Below are positions 60,976 through 64,000 of a stretch of DNA of 64,000 nucleotides, in pieces (positions within the stretch are counted from its first letter, which is position 1; the number at the start of each line of letters is the position of its first letter). The stretch is from positions 413 to 64,412 of the forward strand of contig CALVTH010000005.1 of assembly GCA_944360115.1 (NCBI GenBank). Reading direction: 5' to 3'. Below the pieces are notes generated by a model. That model had not been told where the DNA came from. It did no database searches and worked only from the letters and a program-made list of their open reading frames with translations. The translations under genes were made by a program, and so were the position numbers. Source of the DNA: an uncultured Clostridia bacterium. GTDB lineage: Bacteria > Bacillota > Clostridia > Christensenellales > CAG-917.

Positions 60976-62490
60976 ATGGAAAAAATCGCTGTCATCGACC
61001 TCGGCTCGAACTCCGCAAGACTGGTGCTTGTGAACATTCTCGAAGGCGGTTACTTCGTCGTCTTCGACGAACTCAAGGAGACCGTCCGTCTCGGGCAGGA
61101 TATGGACTGGGACGGCATAATCAAACCTCAGCGTATTCAGCAGACAATCAGGACGCTGTCCATGTTCAGGAGACTGTGCGACGCCAACCGCGTGGACAAG
61201 ATTTTCGCTTATGCCACCGCTGCCGTCCGTCGCGCCAAAAACCAGAAGAGTTTCCTCGACGAAGTGGCAATGACCTGCGGTATCAAAATCAAGGTGCTGT
61301 CCGTCGAGGAACAGGCGCTTCTCGTCTATCAGGGTGTCATCAATTCCATGGACATTCCCAAGGGGCTCATCATGGAAATGGGCGGCGGCTCCACCAATCT
61401 CATATACTACAACCGCCGCAATCTCATTCACTACGAGACCCTGCCTTTCGGCACGGTGACGCTCACCGACCTCTTCCGCGGTTACAGCACGGAGCCCGAG
61501 ACCCGCGCCGACAAGATAGAGGAGTTCATCGGCGAGCAGCTCGAGAAAATCAGCTGGCTGGACAGCATAGAGCCCGACACCAGTTTCGTGGGCGTGGGCG
61601 GCGCTTTCCGCAACCTCGGCAGGATCAGCCGCATGGTCAAGAAATATCCCTTCAACATGACGCACGGCTATGAGGTGTCCGCGAAGGAATTCGACAGCAT
61701 ATATTCCACCATACGCAAGCTCGACCTCGACTCCACGATGAAAATCAAGGGTCTGTCAAGCGGCAGGGCGGACATCTTCCCCAGCTCGCTTGCGGTCATA
61801 AAAGCCGTGATGAAACGCTTTGAATTCCCGCACATCACCATAAGCGGTTGCGGACTGCGCGAAGGTGCGATGTTCCGCTACGCCGTCCCCGGCGTCAGCG
61901 AGCGTCCGCTCACCGATGTGCTCGGGCACGCCCTGCACACGCAGATGAAGTATTACGATGTCAACATCAGCCACGCCGAGCATGTCTACAACCTGTCCAT
62001 ACAGCTTTTCAAGCAACTCAAGGTCCTGCACAAAATGCCCCGTATGTATGTGCGCGCGCTCAAAATCGCCGCGCTCATGCACGACACGGGCATGAGGATA
62101 AAGTATTATCACCACGAGCAACATTCCTGCTACATCATCCTCAACAGCAACCTTTACGGCGTGCCGCACAAGGATATAGTGCTGGCGGCGTTCATAGCCG
62201 CGGGGCACCGCAAGAACGAAGTGGTGAAAGAGGACATTCTCCGCTACAAGGATATGCTCACGGCGGAGGATGTGGACGCCATGCGCAAACTCAGCGTCAT
62301 ACTCCGCATTGCCGAAAGTTTCGACCGCAGCCAGAGCGGCGTGATTACGGGCATAACCTGCGATGTCCTCGGCGACAGCGTCATAGTCAAGACGGAGACG
62401 GAAGGCGACTGCTCCCTCGAAGTCAAGGACGCCCTTTCCGCGGCGCAGGAATTCAAGGCGGCGTATGGCAAGAATCTGGAAATTCTCTGA
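60976..62490 (+). CDS. ppx: Ppx/GppA family phosphatase with C-terminal HD domain
   Basis: IAVIDLGSNSARLVL, MEMGGGSTNL, HDTG. Confidence 0.88.
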   Translation: MEKIAVIDLGSNSARLVLVNILEGGYFVVFDELKETVRLGQDMDWDGIIKPQRIQQTIRTLSMFRRLCDANRVDKIFAYATAAVRRAKNQKSFLDEVAMTCGIKIKVLSVEEQALLVYQGVINSMDIPKGLIMEMGGGSTNLIYYNRRNLIHYETLPFGTVTLTDLFRGYSTEPETRADKIEEFIGEQLEKISWLDSIEPDTSFVGVGGAFRNLGRISRMVKKYPFNMTHGYEVSAKEFDSIYSTIRKLDLDSTMKIKGLSSGRADIFPSSLAVIKAVMKRFEFPHITISGCGLREGAMFRYAVPGVSERPLTDVLGHALHTQMKYYDVNISHAEHVYNLSIQLFKQLKVLHKMPRMYVRALKIAALMHDTGMRIKYYHHEQHSCYIILNSNLYGVPHKDIVLAAFIAAGHRKNEVVKEDILRYKDMLTAEDVDAMRKLSVILRIAESFDRSQSGVITGITCDVLGDSVIVKTETEGDCSLEVKDALSAAQEFKAAYGKNLEIL

Positions 62491-63040
62491 GCCGCTGACG
62501 CTCGCCAGCGCGTCGCCCCGTCGGCGCGAGTTGTTGTCCGCCGTGGCGGACGACCTAGTGATAACTCCCGCCGAAGTGGATGAAAGCGGGGTGACGGCGA
62601 CCTCGCCGCGCACCCTCGTCAGAGAGCTGTCGCGACTCAAGGCGCGTGCCGTCGCCGCCCTTCCCGAAAATGCGGACAGAGTGGTTGTCGGCGCGGATAC
62701 GGTGGTTTATCTTGACAAAATATACGGTAAACCCCATTCTTTCGAAGAAGCCGTGGAAATGATACTGGCTCTTTCGGGCAAGTGGCATTTCGTGTTTACG
62801 GGCGTCACCGTCATTCGCGGCGGGCGGGAAATCACCTTTTCGGTGCGTTCCTCGGTGCTCATAAAACGGCTCACCCGCGGACAGGCGGAGGAGTATGTCC
62901 GCGCGTTCGAGCCTTTCGACAAGGCTGGCGGTTACGCCGTGCAGGAAGGCGCGGTGACTCAGGATTACTCGGGCAGTTACACCAACATCGTGGGGCTGCC
63001 CATGGAGAGATTGCGCGAGGTGCTCCGCAGTCTCGGATGA
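62465..63040 (+). CDS. maf: Maf-like nucleoside triphosphate pyrophosphatase
   Basis: LASASPRRRELL, GADTVV, GKP, DKAGGYAVQ motifs. Confidence 0.9.
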   Translation: MARIWKFSEPLTLASASPRRRELLSAVADDLVITPAEVDESGVTATSPRTLVRELSRLKARAVAALPENADRVVVGADTVVYLDKIYGKPHSFEEAVEMILALSGKWHFVFTGVTVIRGGREITFSVRSSVLIKRLTRGQAEEYVRAFEPFDKAGGYAVQEGAVTQDYSGSYTNIVGLPMERLREVLRSLG

Positions 63041-63076
63041 CAAAGGATAGGGCGGCGTGCCGCCCGAAGGTGAAAT

Positions 63077-64000
63077 ATGGCACACATCGATTTGTCCGTC
63101 GATCTCGGCAGCAAGTTCATCACCGTATGTCAGAAAGATATAGGGCTGGTGCTCCGCGAGCCCGCAGTCGCCGTCGCCCGTCGCGTCAAGGGCGGTTACG
63201 AAATCGGCGATGTCGGCTATAAGGCGGAGAGCATAGTGTCGTCCGCGCTCGGCGGCGCGAGCATAATTTCCCCGATAAAGGAAGGCTCCATTGCCGACGA
63301 GGGTATGTTTGTCGAGATGCTCAGACTGTTCCTCAAACGCATTTTGCCGTCGTCGCTCATCCGTCCTCGCGTCAGCGCGACGGTGGCGGTCAGCCTTTCG
63401 CTGACGGGCGGAGACAGGCGCGTGGTGGAGAAATGCTTCCTCAAGGCGGGCGTGAAAGAGGTCACTCTCGTCGAGTCGCCGCTTTGCCTGCTTGCTTACA
63501 CGGGCAGCATAGGCGGACTTTTCGTTGACATCGGCGGCGGCAAGACCGAAGTCGCCGCAGTCACCAACCGCGGTATCGCCTGCGGCGCCACCGTCAACAT
63601 CGGCGGCGACGCGTTCAACAGCGCCATAATCGACGCGGCATACACCGCCTACGGCGTCAAAATAGGCGATTACACCGTCGAGAAACTCAAGAAATCCGCG
63701 TTGTCGTTCTATCTCAACGACGAAGCGGCCTACACCGTCAGCGGCGGCGGAAAGGATGGAGCGCCCAGAAGCGTGCGTATCACCGCCGCGGATATGCGCG
63801 AGGCCGTCCTGCCGCTCGTCGACGACATCATCGAAGTCATATACGATGTCATGGACAAGACCCCGCCCGAACTTGCCGCCGAAATTCTCCGCAAGGGCAT
63901 TTTCATAACGGGCGGTTCCAGCCACATTCCGGGGTTAATCGAGTATATGGAACAGGCTTTCGAGTTGCCGCTCACGCCGCTGTACGACGCCGAAAACTGC
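63077..64000 (+). CDS. MreB/Mbl-like actin-family protein, divergent, 3'-truncated by the window edge
   Basis: Open frame from ATG 63077 to the window end (308 codons). DLGSKFITV, ISPIKEGSIAD, VDIGGGKTEVA, ITGGSSHIPGL. Sits downstream of maf, as mreB usually does. Confidence 0.7.
   Translation, partial: MAHIDLSVDLGSKFITVCQKDIGLVLREPAVAVARRVKGGYEIGDVGYKAESIVSSALGGASIISPIKEGSIADEGMFVEMLRLFLKRILPSSLIRPRVSATVAVSLSLTGGDRRVVEKCFLKAGVKEVTLVESPLCLLAYTGSIGGLFVDIGGGKTEVAAVTNRGIACGATVNIGGDAFNSAIIDAAYTAYGVKIGDYTVEKLKKSALSFYLNDEAAYTVSGGGKDGAPRSVRITAADMREAVLPLVDDIIEVIYDVMDKTPPELAAEILRKGIFITGGSSHIPGLIEYMEQAFELPLTPLYDAENC

Overview
GC-rich chromosomal segment that looks like a Firmicutes/Clostridia-type genome. 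Supporting synteny: rnfCDGEAB order, a SpoVB-like flippase, a DUF421/DUF4363 pair, a YbxF-type L7Ae gene in front of rpsL, and comFC-secA-prfB. Most of the window is core information processing, all on the + strand. In order: ispDF (-), an S4/RqcP-like gene (-), rpoB, rpoC, metK, recD2, comFC, secA, prfB, tsaD, L7Ae-rpsL-rpsG-fusA-tuf, then rpmG-secE-nusG-rplK-rplA-rplJ-rplL. After that come rplI, two methyltransferases (rsmI and a TrmN6-like gene), murC, an Rnf complex operon, ppx, maf and a partial mreB-like gene. I found no rRNA, tRNA, CRISPR array, transposase or integrase. The non-core content worth a second look is listed here. (1) A co-translated pair at 29.1-30.8 kb: a TasA/camelysin-like secreted protein and a SipW-shaped membrane protein that seems to lack the peptidase catalytic boxes. 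(2) A tightly packed five-gene cluster at 38.6-45.2 kb: an ANL ligase, a BON-fused GlpA-like dehydrogenase, a FAD oxidoreductase, DUF1667, and an alkyl-DHAP-synthase-like flavoenzyme. (3) A monocistronic 1463-aa surface lipoprotein made of five CBM-like beta-sandwich modules with an additional C-terminal membrane anchor. (4) A DUF898/YjgN-like membrane protein with a 312-nt internal tandem duplication, behind a promoter whose spacer is filled by a perfect palindrome. (5) Two adjacent half-size TauE/TSUP genes. The canonical rplKAJL-rpoBC linkage is also broken and reordered here. Many long ORFs in the six-frame track are antisense or alternative-frame artefacts of the high GC content and were rejected. 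All functional calls come from reading motifs by eye; no database search was run.
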